From Lingula anatina (Eukaryota > Animalia > Brachiopoda), in NCBI GenBank assembly GCA_051362555.1, contig CM120646.1, forward strand, positions 21,638,001-21,702,000: a stretch of 64,000 bases of DNA, given 5' to 3'. Below the pieces are notes generated by a model that ran no database searches, was not told where the DNA came from, and was given only the letters and a program-made list of their open reading frames with translations. Each line of letters begins with the position of its first letter. The stretch's first letter is position 1. This document shows positions 50,979 to 64,000 of the stretch, one piece after another. A program made the position numbers and the translations under genes.

Positions 50979-51676
50979 GACCTTCTAATTAGGCCTATTT
51001 CATGGTGTTCTGATTACGACAAGTGAGATATTTTCAAATTATTATCATTTTTTCCTGATATCTCACTCAGTGTAATATTAAGTCTACATCCAGACCACTC
51101 CATTTCTCAGGACAAGTACTGTACAAATATAGAGAGGGCTGATAAGGTGCCTGTTACACAGTGACTAAATTGTTTTACAATCAGGGGATATCTTTTGACG
51201 GTGATAAACTGAAGGTTAAAGTATGTGCGTCTCTAAGTGCTATTAATATTCAACTAGGCCCTGTTTCCTCTAAACTACTAGTACTATATTCTGAATATTT
51301 ATTCCTTTATTATTATTATTGTCTTTTCTTAATTGGGGGGGGGGGGGGGGGGGTATTTAAACACTACTTTCTGGGCAATTCCGAACATATGATTCTTTGC
51401 AGGAATTTCATTTAGATAATTGAGATGGAAAATTAATTCTTTCTTCTATGTCAATAATTCTATCACGTCTTTTAAGGTAGAAATAATTGTTTTCCCTTCC
51501 ATTTCTTTCTTATCAAACACAGGGGACAAAACTACAGTACAGCAAACATAAGCGCCGTCATGTGCTTCCACCTAGTGCCGATATGGTTACCTAAGCGATG
51601 ACCTAAAAGAGGAAGAAAAAATAAACGCAAAATCCATTCCCAAAATATCGATTGCTTTGTGTGCGTTCTTTTCATC
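49615..51676. repeat. About 1.03 kb non-coding tandem duplication (49615-50654 / 50670-51676)
   Basis: Both units start gcatg.tgtcatgcgtt.actttattt, share gagggctgataaggtgcctgttacacagtgactaa, and end gctttgtgtgcgttcttttcatct; each holds a (CT)n run of different length. Confidence 0.9.
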
Positions 51677-54090
51677 TGTAATGTTTTGCCAAGCTAACAT
51701 AATAGATCGACCTTGAAATGAGAGCGCATTCGTTGGTTGTTTATGTCGCTTGCGTTGTGCAGGGAAGTGACCTGTAAAGCCCACAGGTGTTCTAAGGTGT
51801 AAACTACAACTTGGCTGCCTGATTCTCTAAAACCTTACAAACATGGCCGACATGCATTCAATTTTTATAAAGAAAATTTAGCAAGGCAAATGCCTTGCTT
51901 GTAATGCACAAGATATGTGAAATTAATAATGCTACACACTAGAAAACACATGTAGGCGTACTAGCTGCATGAAGTGATTGTTGGTTCGCACATTTGTAAA
52001 TCGTTCTCATAACTCGATCGACATCTCTACGCTGCAACTACGTATACATTGGGGTCCTCCGGCACACCGAAAGAAATGTGATAATAAAATGCCATGTTAT
52101 AAAATCCTAAAATATATCAAATTAATTACAAGATATTTTGGTAGAGAGGAATATAACATATGAGGGATTCCTCACCCCCCCCCCCCACCCCCCCAAGGGT
52201 AGACCCTCTATAGTCCTATAGGCCTACTACACAAACGAAGCTGACTTATTTCAATAACAAACAATAAGAAACAACAACATCTATGCTTTTAGAATGTGTA
52301 AACTTGAATAACAGTTAACAGATTAAATGCGTCGCCGTCCGGTGAAACTAACCGACCTAGCCTGAGGTTTCCCCAATTTATGATATTAAATTTTATTATT
52401 TTTCTACACCAGGACAACGACTTATTAAGGTTATTTCAGTATTTCAGTGCAAGCACATTGTCTTCTAGGGGCCTTGTTTTTTTTTTTTTTTTACTAAATT
52501 TCCGTCGGTTGGAACTCGACTTGCTACTTCAGTCTGTAGAAGTAGGTGAAGTGGTCATATACAGCTTTTGAAATATGGACGATATTTGTCTAGAATATCT
52601 TTATAGAGGCCCAATCATTGTGTTATGATCATGGTCAAAGACTGATGGATTTTTAAGTGGCTTTTATTGATATTGCATACTGATTATCTTTCACAACAAT
52701 TAATTTCATTATTTTATTTTATCTTTAACACTTCCAACTAGTTTTCTTCTTTTCAATTCCGTTCATTCGATTCATACTGCCTTTCTACCCTGTCTCTCCC
52801 CCCTCCTTTTCTGCCCCCCCTCTCCCTCCTCTCCTCTCTCTGCCTTATCTCTCTCTCTCTCTCAAATACTGTTATGTTTTGCCAGGTAAATTTCATTTCA
52901 AATCTTCGCTTTTAACCGCCTTCTTTTTTTTTTTTTTTTTTTTTTTGATACCTCAATTTACACAATCTATCTAGGGATAGTCAAATTTAATGACTGTGTG
53001 ATAAATTTTTTATGCCTTCTCCTCAAATCCACCATCTTTCCAAGGTCAGAATTGGTGTGAAAAATACTCCACTACTTCATGCGTTGCACACGATGTTTTT
53101 AAAAAGACAACGGTAGGGGTAAAAGTTATTTTTAAAATCATGTGCGTAACTAGAATTTCATGCAAAATATGCGATTTTATTATTTTTCAGGTACAGTGTA
53201 CACTAGCCCCTCCATTTTCTATTACACGTTTTTTTTGATTGAAATGTTTGTTATCAAGGCATAATAAAACCAAGTGTCCCAGGCACACGCCGTCATCTCA
53301 TATGAAACAAACATCTGTGCATTCCATTAAGTAAATGACAATATAACCCACTATCTCTTAGAACTCCTCACACACATTTCCTGACTCATCAAACGCCAGA
53401 CTCACACGCTCAGTTGCCATGGCAACCGTTGATAAAGTAAATGTCAGGTGTATCAGGAGCTCTTATAATAACAGAATTAGTCACGAAAGCTCTCTCAGAT
53501 GTCTGGCAAACATTGTTGTTATTATCCTGCTCTGATACCACAGATGTGAGCGAGAAATAGAATATTTATCTTCTTATTACCTGTAGTTTGTAATCACATC
53601 CCCAATGATGTGCGTATCGTATTTTAGTTTTAATTTATATTGTTCCTATGTAATTACATCTATATTCTCTATAGTCAATTCTGTTGGAGAGAGAAAGCTG
53701 TTAACTAATACGAGACACTGAGGAACAAACCCTTTCTTTTCTTTATGATTTTTTCTTTCATTCAAATTTTCTGCTCCCTCTTGATTATTCATACGAAGTT
53801 CTGAAATGCGTGCTTCTCTTTCAACTCCCCCTCTCTCTAACTCTCATTAAATGTAGTAAAAATTCTTAGTTTGATAAAACAGTGAAATTTTCCGTTAAAA
53901 AAAAAAAAAAAACTTCGTGTTCTCTAGGGGAATCCTTCATCCCCACCTCTCCTTCCATCCATCCTGCTTTTTACCCCCCCCCCTCCACCCCTTCATTCCC
54001 CCTTCTCACTAGACTGATTTTATTCTCAATTTCATACAACTGTTTGTGAACATAAACAAAATATAACAAATCATTTTGCAAATTACTGTA

Positions 54091-54096
54091 TTTATT
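54091..54096 (-). other. Candidate polyadenylation signal of the tyrosine-motif gene (would imply a ~3.5 kb 3' UTR)
   Basis: AATAAA on the minus strand followed by a T/GT-rich tract; no ORF of note between here and the stop at 57654. Other AATAAA sites are possible. Confidence 0.35.
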
Positions 54097-55988
54097 TTAA
54101 TCAATTAGAAATTAGGACATAGAAGCTGTAATAAAATTTATAACATTTACAGAAAAAACGAAATTAAAACTAGCAAAGTACTGGTCAAATTAATAACACT
54201 GCTACATTTCAAGTAAGATTGGAATGCTTTGATAAGCACTAGAAAAGACGTACTATCCACAATTATGGTGAAAATAACGTCAGGTGGAAAAATTATAGAG
54301 AATCATTTACTGTTTTTCTAGAAGTTACACAAATGGCATCTGTAAAAATTACACATTGCTAATACAAAATTACGAAGCAAATAGCAATTGAAAAAAGTTT
54401 TCAAAATTTCTTGAGTTGCACGAGGTATAAGCATTAATCACCCTTTTATACAAAATATTATTAATAACTTGAACTAGAACTGTTGCTAATACTGATTTCA
54501 TTAATTTTCTGCTTGCATTATTGGCAAGCCTGTGATCGTACCCAGTTCTAATTCTTAATAAACTGGAAGAAAAACTAATAATAAACGTGTATATGCTAAG
54601 TAAATTATTATAATCAAAAACACTTGGTTGAGCTTAGATGGGGCAAGTACTTCAACAAAGTCTCTCTGCCAGCAGATAAAGAGCAATGAGCACTTGCAGA
54701 ATTAGCTTTTTAAAAAGCTGAAGCGCTGTGACAATGCACAATATTACTGTATGTATACAGACTACTGGAATGAATGTCTTATTTAGAATGCACTATATAT
54801 GCCTATAGCAGCAAACTTCAGTGGCAAGCTTAAGACTGTTTTCAAGAACATTAATTCTGCAAAAGTTTGCAACTATTTATCACTTCAAAATTCTCAGTTT
54901 CGGAAAAAACATCACCTCATATTGGGATACAAGCATTTTAAGAGAAGCTTATTTTGAGCTTCCCACCAAGTTTGAGTTGACTACTGCCCAAAACAGACCT
55001 AATTCTCAATAAAAATGATCATAATTCAATAATAATAATTTGAAATCAGTACATCAAATGTGAATTGGATTATGAAAATATCAATAGCATATTTTGTATG
55101 GATTAGACATAAAATATGATTTAATTATGATGCTAAAATGGCTTATATATATATATATCAAAAATTGTGCCTGCCCTTTCCTTGTAGAAGTAAACACATA
55201 GCAAGAATATACTTTTACAAAGATCTATTCTCGTAAAGGAAATGTTTTCATTTTGCCTGTGCATTATTTAAATTTTATATATAAGATGAAATCAAAAAAT
55301 ACTTCACATGTGCATGAATACAGCATTATAAAAGTATACTAGTTAATATAAACAAAGTTTTCCCCTTCAAAATATCCACGGCTGGAAGAAGATTCCTGTG
55401 CACCTCATTCATTGCGATAGTTTTCATTGGCAAAAGTCACCTTAAGTTTTTTATCCACACATCATCTGACATAAATTACACAACTACAGTAGACTGAAAA
55501 CAAAAAAAAAAAAAAAAAAAAGAAACATACTGACATCATTCAGCAAAGAAATATTCAGCTTTTCTCAGGTCACAGAAATACTCATTACAATGTTAAATTC
55601 CAGTTTAATTTTGAAAAAACAAAAGGGCAGACAAAATGTATGAACACAGTTCTCTGGGATATTAATATCTTTTCTAGAAGTTCTATTTTTGTGTACTAAC
55701 TATAAGCTTCAAAGCATTATCTTGAATATTATAACTAAACAATACATATAATACTAATAATAAAGAAATATAATACAGTTCAGTTTTCAAACCATTACTG
55801 TTGTGACAAAAGTTATGTAAGTTTAACGAACAAGTTGTAACAAAGCAGACCTGCCAAATTACAATATGTAAAATTGGTTACAAATTCATTGTACTATATT
55901 AATTTTTTTCAAAGGCTTTGGAAACATTAAGTGTAAGGCATTTAAAATGTTTGTTTAACATTGTCTAGTAAATAAGTTATTAGTCATA

Positions 55989-56023
<35 letters not shown>

Positions 56024-57653
56024 CAATGTCTAATGATCAGGAACAGGCCACCATGCAGGCAGATTTTATGACAAAACTTCACAAACTCAGCATCTTATAA
56101 AATAAGCATGTTTCTATTAATATAAGACCAAAAACTTTCATATCAAGCTCTGGAAGACAACTGCTGACTCAGGAAACATTTCAACACAAACTTTGCATAG
56201 TTTCAAGCAATGTACACAGGATTTACCCTAAGACCCTTATAACATCCAGTGGTGTGGTATTACTTAACTGATTCATGGTTCGGTACACCTTGACAAGTAA
56301 CTAACATGTAATTACAATACTGGGGGTTGTATTCCAGTTTACAAGTTCTCCACAAGTTAACTTACTGCTGTACAGCTGAGTTTAGTCAAATAATTGGCTG
56401 TGTTGAGCACAGGAGCTCTGTTTAGGAGACACTGAGCACAGTCAGAACAAGACGATCCACGGACTAAATATGTCCGAACCACTTGAAAGCAACACAGACT
56501 AATTCCTTGATGGTCTCCCCACCTCCACATGCGGCATTAAACAGATTAAATCTTCGCTCCAAGGTTTAATTGCAAGGCCCCTTGTATTGTTTTTAAGTAG
56601 GGTCAACCATATTTGAGACGGGGATCTGTTAGTCCATGGAACATCTTGTTCTGAACACGCTTACTGTCACATATATAGCAGTTGTCAAGTGAACCAGTAC
56701 TGACTGCAACAATGAAATGCACCATTTGATGTTCAAAGGGTGAAAAACCTACCACACATAGGACTAGCTGCCCTGTTCAACACATCAACTTTTTAAAGAT
56801 AAATTCTATTCACATTTAAAGTGTAGGATACAGCATTAATATTATTCAACAGTAAAAATTCCTTTCTTACAATGAATTGAATCTGTAGGTGGTTTAAGCA
56901 ATAACAATGATGTGCTAATAGATTCTTCAAACAAGCCATGTCTGTAATTTTCTCCAGCTTCAAATAACAGTAAAATGTTGAATGCAACAGATAATATGGT
57001 TAAATATTTACAATATTATTGCCTTCTTTATAAAGATTGTCACTTTTTTTCGCCCCACAGTGGCCATTACCAATATATCATACCAATTACCAGGAAATTA
57101 AATCTACCCAGAAACCGTTTTTCACATACACTGTTATGGAATAGTTGGATTCAAAGATCTGTTTGCTGTATATTTGATGCACTAAGTCTTTGGTAATATC
57201 ACAAAGCATGAACTACACTGAAAACTGTAGGTGGCACTCCACTGGAATGGGAAGACAACACCAACACTCAAAATTCTGCAATAATTTGTGACCTTAACAT
57301 TGCATAAATGTACATTAACTGTATGGAACTTAATTATAAGTATTCAAAATTTCATATATTTACTGAATGCTGAATCAAAATGGAATGTTGTGATCTGATG
57401 TCTCATCAATTAAAAATCACATGACAGCAACAGACTACTGTATAAAAATAAGACATGCTATCATTTACTGCACTCTTGCAAAAAAGATTGTATTCAAAAA
57501 TTATGGCACCATTAGTAGAAAGAGAGTCAACACATATTCCTTCCCTATTTTACAACATGAACTGCCCTTATAAACATTTAGTAGCAATAAGTAGAAATAG
57601 GCAGCCATGTTCCTGCATAGAGAGGAGGAGTGTAATCAAGATGTGGATTGCAA

Positions 57654-57893
57654 TCAAGTGGGTGGTGCTTTTCTTTTAAAGTCAATGGTGGCATATTCCG
57701 TGGCTTCCTCCGTGCGGATGATTTCATCTTTCTGATTCTTTCCCTTTGGCTTGGTAAAAGTTAGGTCTGCATAGACTGTCCCATCTGGGCCGATATTCTG
57801 GGGAAAAAAGTGGAGACATCTGATTAACAATTGATGAGGTAGATTAAAAATGCCTGGTTAGGATTAGTATAAACCTAATGTGTGTCTGTCTGT

Positions 57894-57925
<32 letters not shown>

Positions 57926-60900
57926 GTGGTTGTAATTCGATATGGGGTTACAAACATATCATATTATCTATTTGTGAAAATGCAGCACATTTTCAATAGT
58001 TTTTACATACGATGAAAATATTTTCCATAGGTTAATACAGTATATTTCAAAAATACGTGTAAAAAAAACCTTCTGTGATACAGGTCTGGCATCATCATCA
58101 TAAAAAAGCCAACAATGACAAAGCAAATCACTTTTCCAATTGCGCACTCTCAGTACAGCAAATGTCATGGATATTTTTCTTGCAGGGAGAAAAAAATCAT
58201 TGAAAGTGATTAGGGTAAAAAGGATGTAAAAATGCAGGAGTCGCTCTTTGTATTTGCCTAGCTGGATCCAGACACAAGCATCGATTTATTTAATACCATG
58301 AAACCTACAAGAAAAAAAAATCACACTGTTTCACAAAAAACAGCCCAACAAAAATCAATACTGTCTGGTTCTCATAGCCAGACATTAGTACATTTGTATA
58401 ATTGAGGTAAGCAGAGATGCTGTATTCTGAGGACTGTTCAACAGACACCTACCTAGCTGGAAGAACAAATATGAGAACTGGATGGAGGGGTGATTGGGGG
58501 GGTGGGGGTGGGGTGGGGGTGAGGGGTGGTCTAGTGGAGGCTAGATCAGCTAAAAAGGTTCTTAAATCTGAAATGGGCAAACCCAAGCATATTAACATGT
58601 TAACAACTAAGAGAGAGTAAAAAATAGAAATAAAAAAAAATAAAAAGAATTGCTGTCTCATTTTAATTCTAAAGCAAAGTGAGCTCCATACCAGCCAGTT
58701 TTGCAGTACTGTGTCCAAACTTTTTATAAAGAAATATAAATAAATAAATGAAAGAAGCTTATACACCAGACAATATATATACATCATATCCAGTACAGGA
58801 ATGAATCAATAGTAACACTTAAAAAAAGCTTCTATGGCATTTTGAAAAAGGTCAGATGATTAATTCTGTTTTAGTTCATATCCTAAGTATCACCTATGTT
58901 CTTTGTTAGTCATAATGAGCTACTTAAAATATCAACAAGAAAACACTAACATGTGCCTGGGCTGTAACAAGTATTGTGGGAACAAATGCTTTATTGGCTG
59001 TGGGGAAGGAGAGAGGGAGGGAAGGAGGGGAAAGGGGTACCATGTCTGCTTTAGCCTCTGTCAGAATTTAAGAATTCTTGGATTTTGTGGGAAAATCTTG
59101 GCTGATTACAAAATCAATATGAACTTTGATTCATCATAAGAATAAGAAAAGTCTCATCAGGAGGTGGTCTCACAATTATGTTCTCATCAGGTGTAACTTA
59201 AAACTAGCTTAATTACATAAAGTACCTCCTGGAGTGATACCACTTAGTTAAACCTATCCCCCCCCCCCCCCCACCAGCCCCTCAGCAACCAACTGCAACA
59301 GAAGAGGTCATAAAAGCATAACCATGTGGGGAATATTGCAATCAAGCTCCTATTTACATGTACATGCCTCAAATTTTTCAAGGAATCTAGGTTTAAGATG
59401 AACCCAATTAGGGCAGGCTCATCTCTTGAGGACATGGACTGTCACCCCACTGGGGACACAGGTTGATAAATGAAGTACATAACCATGAGAGCTATCAGTT
59501 ACATAGCAATGACATGAGACAATTTAGAAATACTTCAGGTCTTCAGATATATGTGGATTAAAGTGCAAAAAGGAATGCAGTAGCATACACAACTTGATTA
59601 ATCTTCCAGATTGCCTTGAGTGTTTACAGTTTGGGAAGGATAAGGTTACCAGTTAACCTTTTTAACCTTCCTGGTTTAATCCAAACACCTGGTTGCACAT
59701 GAAAATCCAGGTCAAGGTCCACTTGTAAGTAATGGGGCCACTGAATAGATAATCAGCAACTGTGTTCAATTAGCCTTGTCACATGGCACTGGGCTAGACA
59801 ATACAGCCCTTAATCTGTATTTGTGTGACAGCACTGGTGAATGTTGTTATCCAAACACTGATAAGGTTGCAATGACACATAGTTGAATTTTCTGCACTTA
59901 CAAGAGGGCACTATTGATAAATTAGTGCCATTGTCTGCCAATAGGTGTCTCCCCTAGTTTGGTGTTGGAAATCTGCCCACATTTGTGTAGCCAGGGAATT
60001 ATATCGGATATAATTCTCTGGTGTGACTTAACCTGTTTTCAATTTGATAGACTATATGTACTTTATTGCACTTCTTATCTCAGGTTATAGGCAGGTTACC
60101 AAAGTATTCTACTTCACATGGGAAGAATCTGACATAAAAATTTGTGGCGCTCTTATAAACTGAACTATGGAATTTAGATCAGTTACCAACTGGCTAGCAT
60201 AATTTTGGTTATTTCTTTGAAATAGGATTGAATTAAAATGATGAGGCATGCTAGCAATTAAAATAATAAAATTATAAATTATAGAAGGAAAAGTCTGTCT
60301 AAGTATCAATGCAGAATCTCCCCAACAAAACCTTCAACAAATACTTCCCCGTTATTTTTCATTTACTACAATCAGAAATCACATTTTACATTTTGGTCTG
60401 TCCAATAACTAGCTTCAGCAGTCATATCACTATGATGTGGCTATATTTACTAATATGTCCACATTATCAGTCATATGTACAGCAATTTATCAGTGTATCA
60501 TTTATCAGCTGCTCCTGAATTGAGCTAAATACAGCACAGTGTAAGAACTGTGTACACGGCCTCCTTGCTATGGCCTCTACACAGCTTGGGGTCTCTGATG
60601 ACAGCAATTTTAAAGTGGGGTTCTTTTTCTCAAACAATTGCACCAATTTACTCTTTTAGTTAACCAAAAATGACCAATGAAGTAAAACCCAGATCAAATT
60701 TTGATAACGAGTAAGCCTTTTCCAGACAAAAGGAAGTCTCTCTCTCTCTCTCCAATTCTTCCCTATAGTACCTACTATCCTGGTTGACACCTTTACCCTA
60801 ATTTCTTATGAACCAAGGAAGGACAGAATCAGAACAGAATTGAAATCTGATACATGTGTAATACATAATGGGGGATCCCAGTCTGTTAAACAGATTACTA

Positions 60901-63046
60901 GCAAATTAAGGGCTGAATTCATATAAATGAAATTATACACCACAGATACCTGTATGATGCTTTTGATTGAAGAGGATTAATAATGTATGACTTTAAGCTA
61001 GATGAGTCAGAATTCCCAGAATTTACAGTAAGCTTTTAACCCAATTTTCCAGGACAGTAGGTGACAAAAGAAGAAAAAATATTTCTAAAGAGAAGAATTT
61101 CTTGCTGTGGTTGTGCTGCTTTGTAAAAATAGCTGATAAATGACTGAACAATCTTTGCTATTATTATATTATTTTATATACCAATCAAAAGAAACAAAGT
61201 GAGTTATTTTTCTTGTCACTTGTAAAGAAAATCTAAATATGTTCTCATACTTCTTCTTTGGTTTAATTCATTTTCTTGTTTATGAAAAAAAAAAAAAAAA
61301 GTGGGCAGATAGCTGGCCCTACTTTATAACTATAAACAGGTGCACAGGCACTAGCTACATTGACTACATTTAAAAAGTCACATTACCCTGTTGCCAAAAT
61401 TCTTACTAACAATAGATGTTATGGTGCAATGTTTGATTTTTATCGACTCTTTTCATCTTGCTTAACTCAGGCTCTAAAATAACATAGTAACCACATTAGG
61501 TCACCTCAAAAGCCTTTTATGTTGAGAAAAGAAAAGAAACGACGATTCTTCTTAAATTTCTTTTAAAAATTCAAAACATTTTGAATTATAATTAATGCAA
61601 AATATATTTTTCATTTTTAGAGGCATTACTGCACTACAGTTGCATAGGCAGATTGAAAGAATCCCTGTATAACTGCATCCTCAAAATTTTTTTTGACATT
61701 TTATGATAAGCATGCGCTGTTCAACGTGACTCACCCATCGATTGCTGGGCGTTGCTAGCAATCTACATAAAATTTCTGTAACCGTTATGTTTTGAGTATC
61801 TAAGTGGTCGAGACTCCATGTAGGCACACTGGTAATGCCATCATGTAGGCATCTATGAGTTTTTGTTTCCAGTCGTGGATGCATACAGTTAGTACAGTAA
61901 CTTTACTTCCTGGTTCAATTGAAAGGTAGGTTATTGATTAATGGATGACTCATCTTTACCAAGAACAAAATGAATATGAAACACTTCCTGAGTAGGTACT
62001 TTGAGTAAACTCAAAGTCCAAGTTATGAAAAAAAAATTAGAGCATTTTTTGTGACTTTTCTATAATGAAAACATACTAGTAGGACTCAAAGTTACAGTGA
62101 CGGGCATCAAGTCATTAAGTATAAAGGACCACAGCTACAGTTTAAAAACCTATAGGAAAGCATATCTGTAAAAAAAAGCACATAAACCAAATCAATTTTT
62201 CACAAAATGTGTCACCACTTACTGAAAATTAAACTTAGTCTAATGACTACTTTAACAGTCACGCATCTACATCTTATTAAACTTTTTAATCTTTTAAGAG
62301 CCTAAAACATAGAATTAACTTTCCCACGCTAAAGAGACAGAAAGGAAAAGGAACTTTGTTTGTGCTGATAAGCATGGTATTGAGGCAACAAAGAGGAAAA
62401 GAAAATTATTATCAAATGACTTAAAAAAAAAACTGAAACAAAAACAGGACTGGTATCAAGTCTCATTTCCCTTACATACATGTATGTATCCTCAAGATTT
62501 TTTTTTATAAAGATTACTGTAGACACAATTACCAATAATATCACTGTGCAAAGATAACATTTCAACAAAAGATGGGGCTTTGTTCCTTCATCTATAGTTA
62601 TCATGTCACAATATCATATCTCTTTGTGACAAAATTATAATATTACTAGAGACAATACGTAATAAATAAATGAACTTATCTAAGAAATGATACAATGAAT
62701 AAACAAAATAAAGAAACAAATAAATGGAGGTGGGGGGTAATTAAAGCAATTAGAAACAGGTGTTTTTGGATCAGGAATTTGCAAACAAAATTCACCATAT
62801 AATAATAACAACGATTAAGAAAAAATGCTTGAACAAGATACACTCCCCTGAAACAAACACCTGTCTTTTAAGCTAATTATTTCTATATACCTTAGCGCTA
62901 TCTTTGGGATCCTCCACCTTTTCCTCCACCACCTGTCCTCCACTCTCCACATTGGCATAGGGGTTCTCCCCAGGGTCGTTCTTGTTCTCCACATTCTGGT
63001 ATGGGTTCTCATCCTCATCATAGGCTGGCTTGGCTTCAGCTGGAGG

Positions 63047-63102
<56 letters not shown>

Positions 63103-63594
63103 TTGGGTTATTTCTATTGCTGTATCTCTTCTATTTCTTAATCTTCCGAAGTACCTGTTTTCACTTTGTTTTTATTTTATTATTTGGAAAATATAACAGT
63201 AAAAAATGTATACTTCGTATATTGAAAATAAAAAATCATTTTGTAGCCATCTAGTGTAAAAAAAAAATAAGCATGGGCAGCTGGGATTTTATGATTAACC
63301 TGGTTAACCCTTTGCAAAGAATGCTGGCATAACAAAATCTCAACTTCCATGTCATCAATATGAGCATAAACACTGACTTAATCTAAAGACCTTACTTCAC
63401 AACCAATGCACATACTTTCGTCTCAAGTTGATTATAATCCTCCCATCAATTCTCATAATTTCATTTTAAATAATATGTAAAAAATATGAAATCATCATCC
63501 AATTCAAACCTACATTTCTTTTTCTTCTTCTTGCCTTTATCAGGCTGGGCATATAGGGTAGTCAGTTCTTCATCCTTTTCTGAATAACAAAAGG

Positions 63595-63640
<46 letters not shown>

Positions 63641-63899
63641 ATGATTACAAAGGTATGACCAAGCTATATTTTAATTAAAATTTGCAATATGAGCAATAAC
63701 CTATGCTTGCTTACTTACAGTAACATATTTCAAAAATCCATACAAATTAACACATAAAATAAATAAAAATTAAAAAAATGAAAATGAAAAGAAAATGTGT
63801 TCATAAGAAAAAAAAAAATTGATGTTAAGCTATGTTTACCCTTTCCTTTCTTCTTTTTCTTCTTTTCAGGTTTGGCATACAATGCACCAGGGTCTTGTT
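57654..63899 (-). CDS. 3' exons of a probable receptor or adaptor cytoplasmic tail with multiple tyrosine motifs (ITIM/ITSM-like); gene continues beyond the window
   Basis: Exons 63899-63840 (QDPGALYAKPEKKKKKKGK), 63579-63514 (EKDEELTTLYAQPDKGKKKKKK), 63039-62891 (SEAKPAYDEDENPYQNVENKNDPGENPYANVESGG..SAK) and 57797-57654 (NIGPDGTVYADLTFTKPK..EEATEYATIDFKRKAPPT*) all have AG/GT boundaries and matching phases (1,1,0). Confidence 0.85.
63048..63098. repeat. (AAT)n microsatellite next to a splice acceptor
   Basis: About 17 aat units; a second run at about 63595-63638 lies upstream of the previous acceptor. Confidence 0.9.
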
Positions 63900-64000
63900 C
63901 TGCAGAGTAAGAGAAAGGTTTAAGAACTTGGAGCCTTTTTTTTTTTTTTTTTTTTTTTTTGGGGGGGGGGGGGGGGGGGGAGGGAGGGGGAGAGAGAAAC

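Noticed and set aside
51700-57600. Short ORFs of 60-75 aa in this interval
   Set aside because: Low-complexity AT-rich translations without motifs or consistent splice structure; consistent with intergenic DNA and 3' UTR.
63030-63254. Plus-strand poly-Asn ORF
   Set aside because: It is a translation of the (AAT)n microsatellite, antisense to an intron of the minus-strand gene.

Overview
AT-rich, intron-containing animal genomic DNA; it looks like a marine invertebrate, but the taxon cannot be fixed from sequence alone. Three gene groups were reconstructed by hand from splice sites. (1) Two recent tandem copies (+ strand, about 11.5 kb period) of a gene encoding an N-terminal hydrophobic anchor, a dynamin-like GTPase domain (G1 GELSAGKS, G3 DSPG, G4 NKWD), a helical region and a C-terminal protein kinase domain. 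Copy 1 is cut by the window start; copy 2 is complete (about 1036 aa) but needs a GA splice donor. (2) Five tandem minus-strand paralogs (A-E, 16.4-46.0 kb) of an unrecognised Cys-rich multi-pass membrane protein, each with two coding exons, a conserved core, and length-variable repeats in a sequon-rich loop and in the C-terminal tail. Copy C has one in-frame TGA, copy A lacks the family ATG, and copy D has a truncated tail. (3) The last four coding exons of a minus-strand gene, missed by the ORF track, whose tail carries several tyrosine motifs ending in TVYADL and TEYATI (ITIM/ITSM-like). The intergenic and intronic DNA holds several MITEs, a 2.3 kb TIR element, a long fold-back element interrupted by a LINE 3' fragment, a 1 kb tandem duplication and microsatellites. 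No rRNA, tRNA or CRISPR array was seen. All family assignments rest on motifs read by eye; no database search was run.
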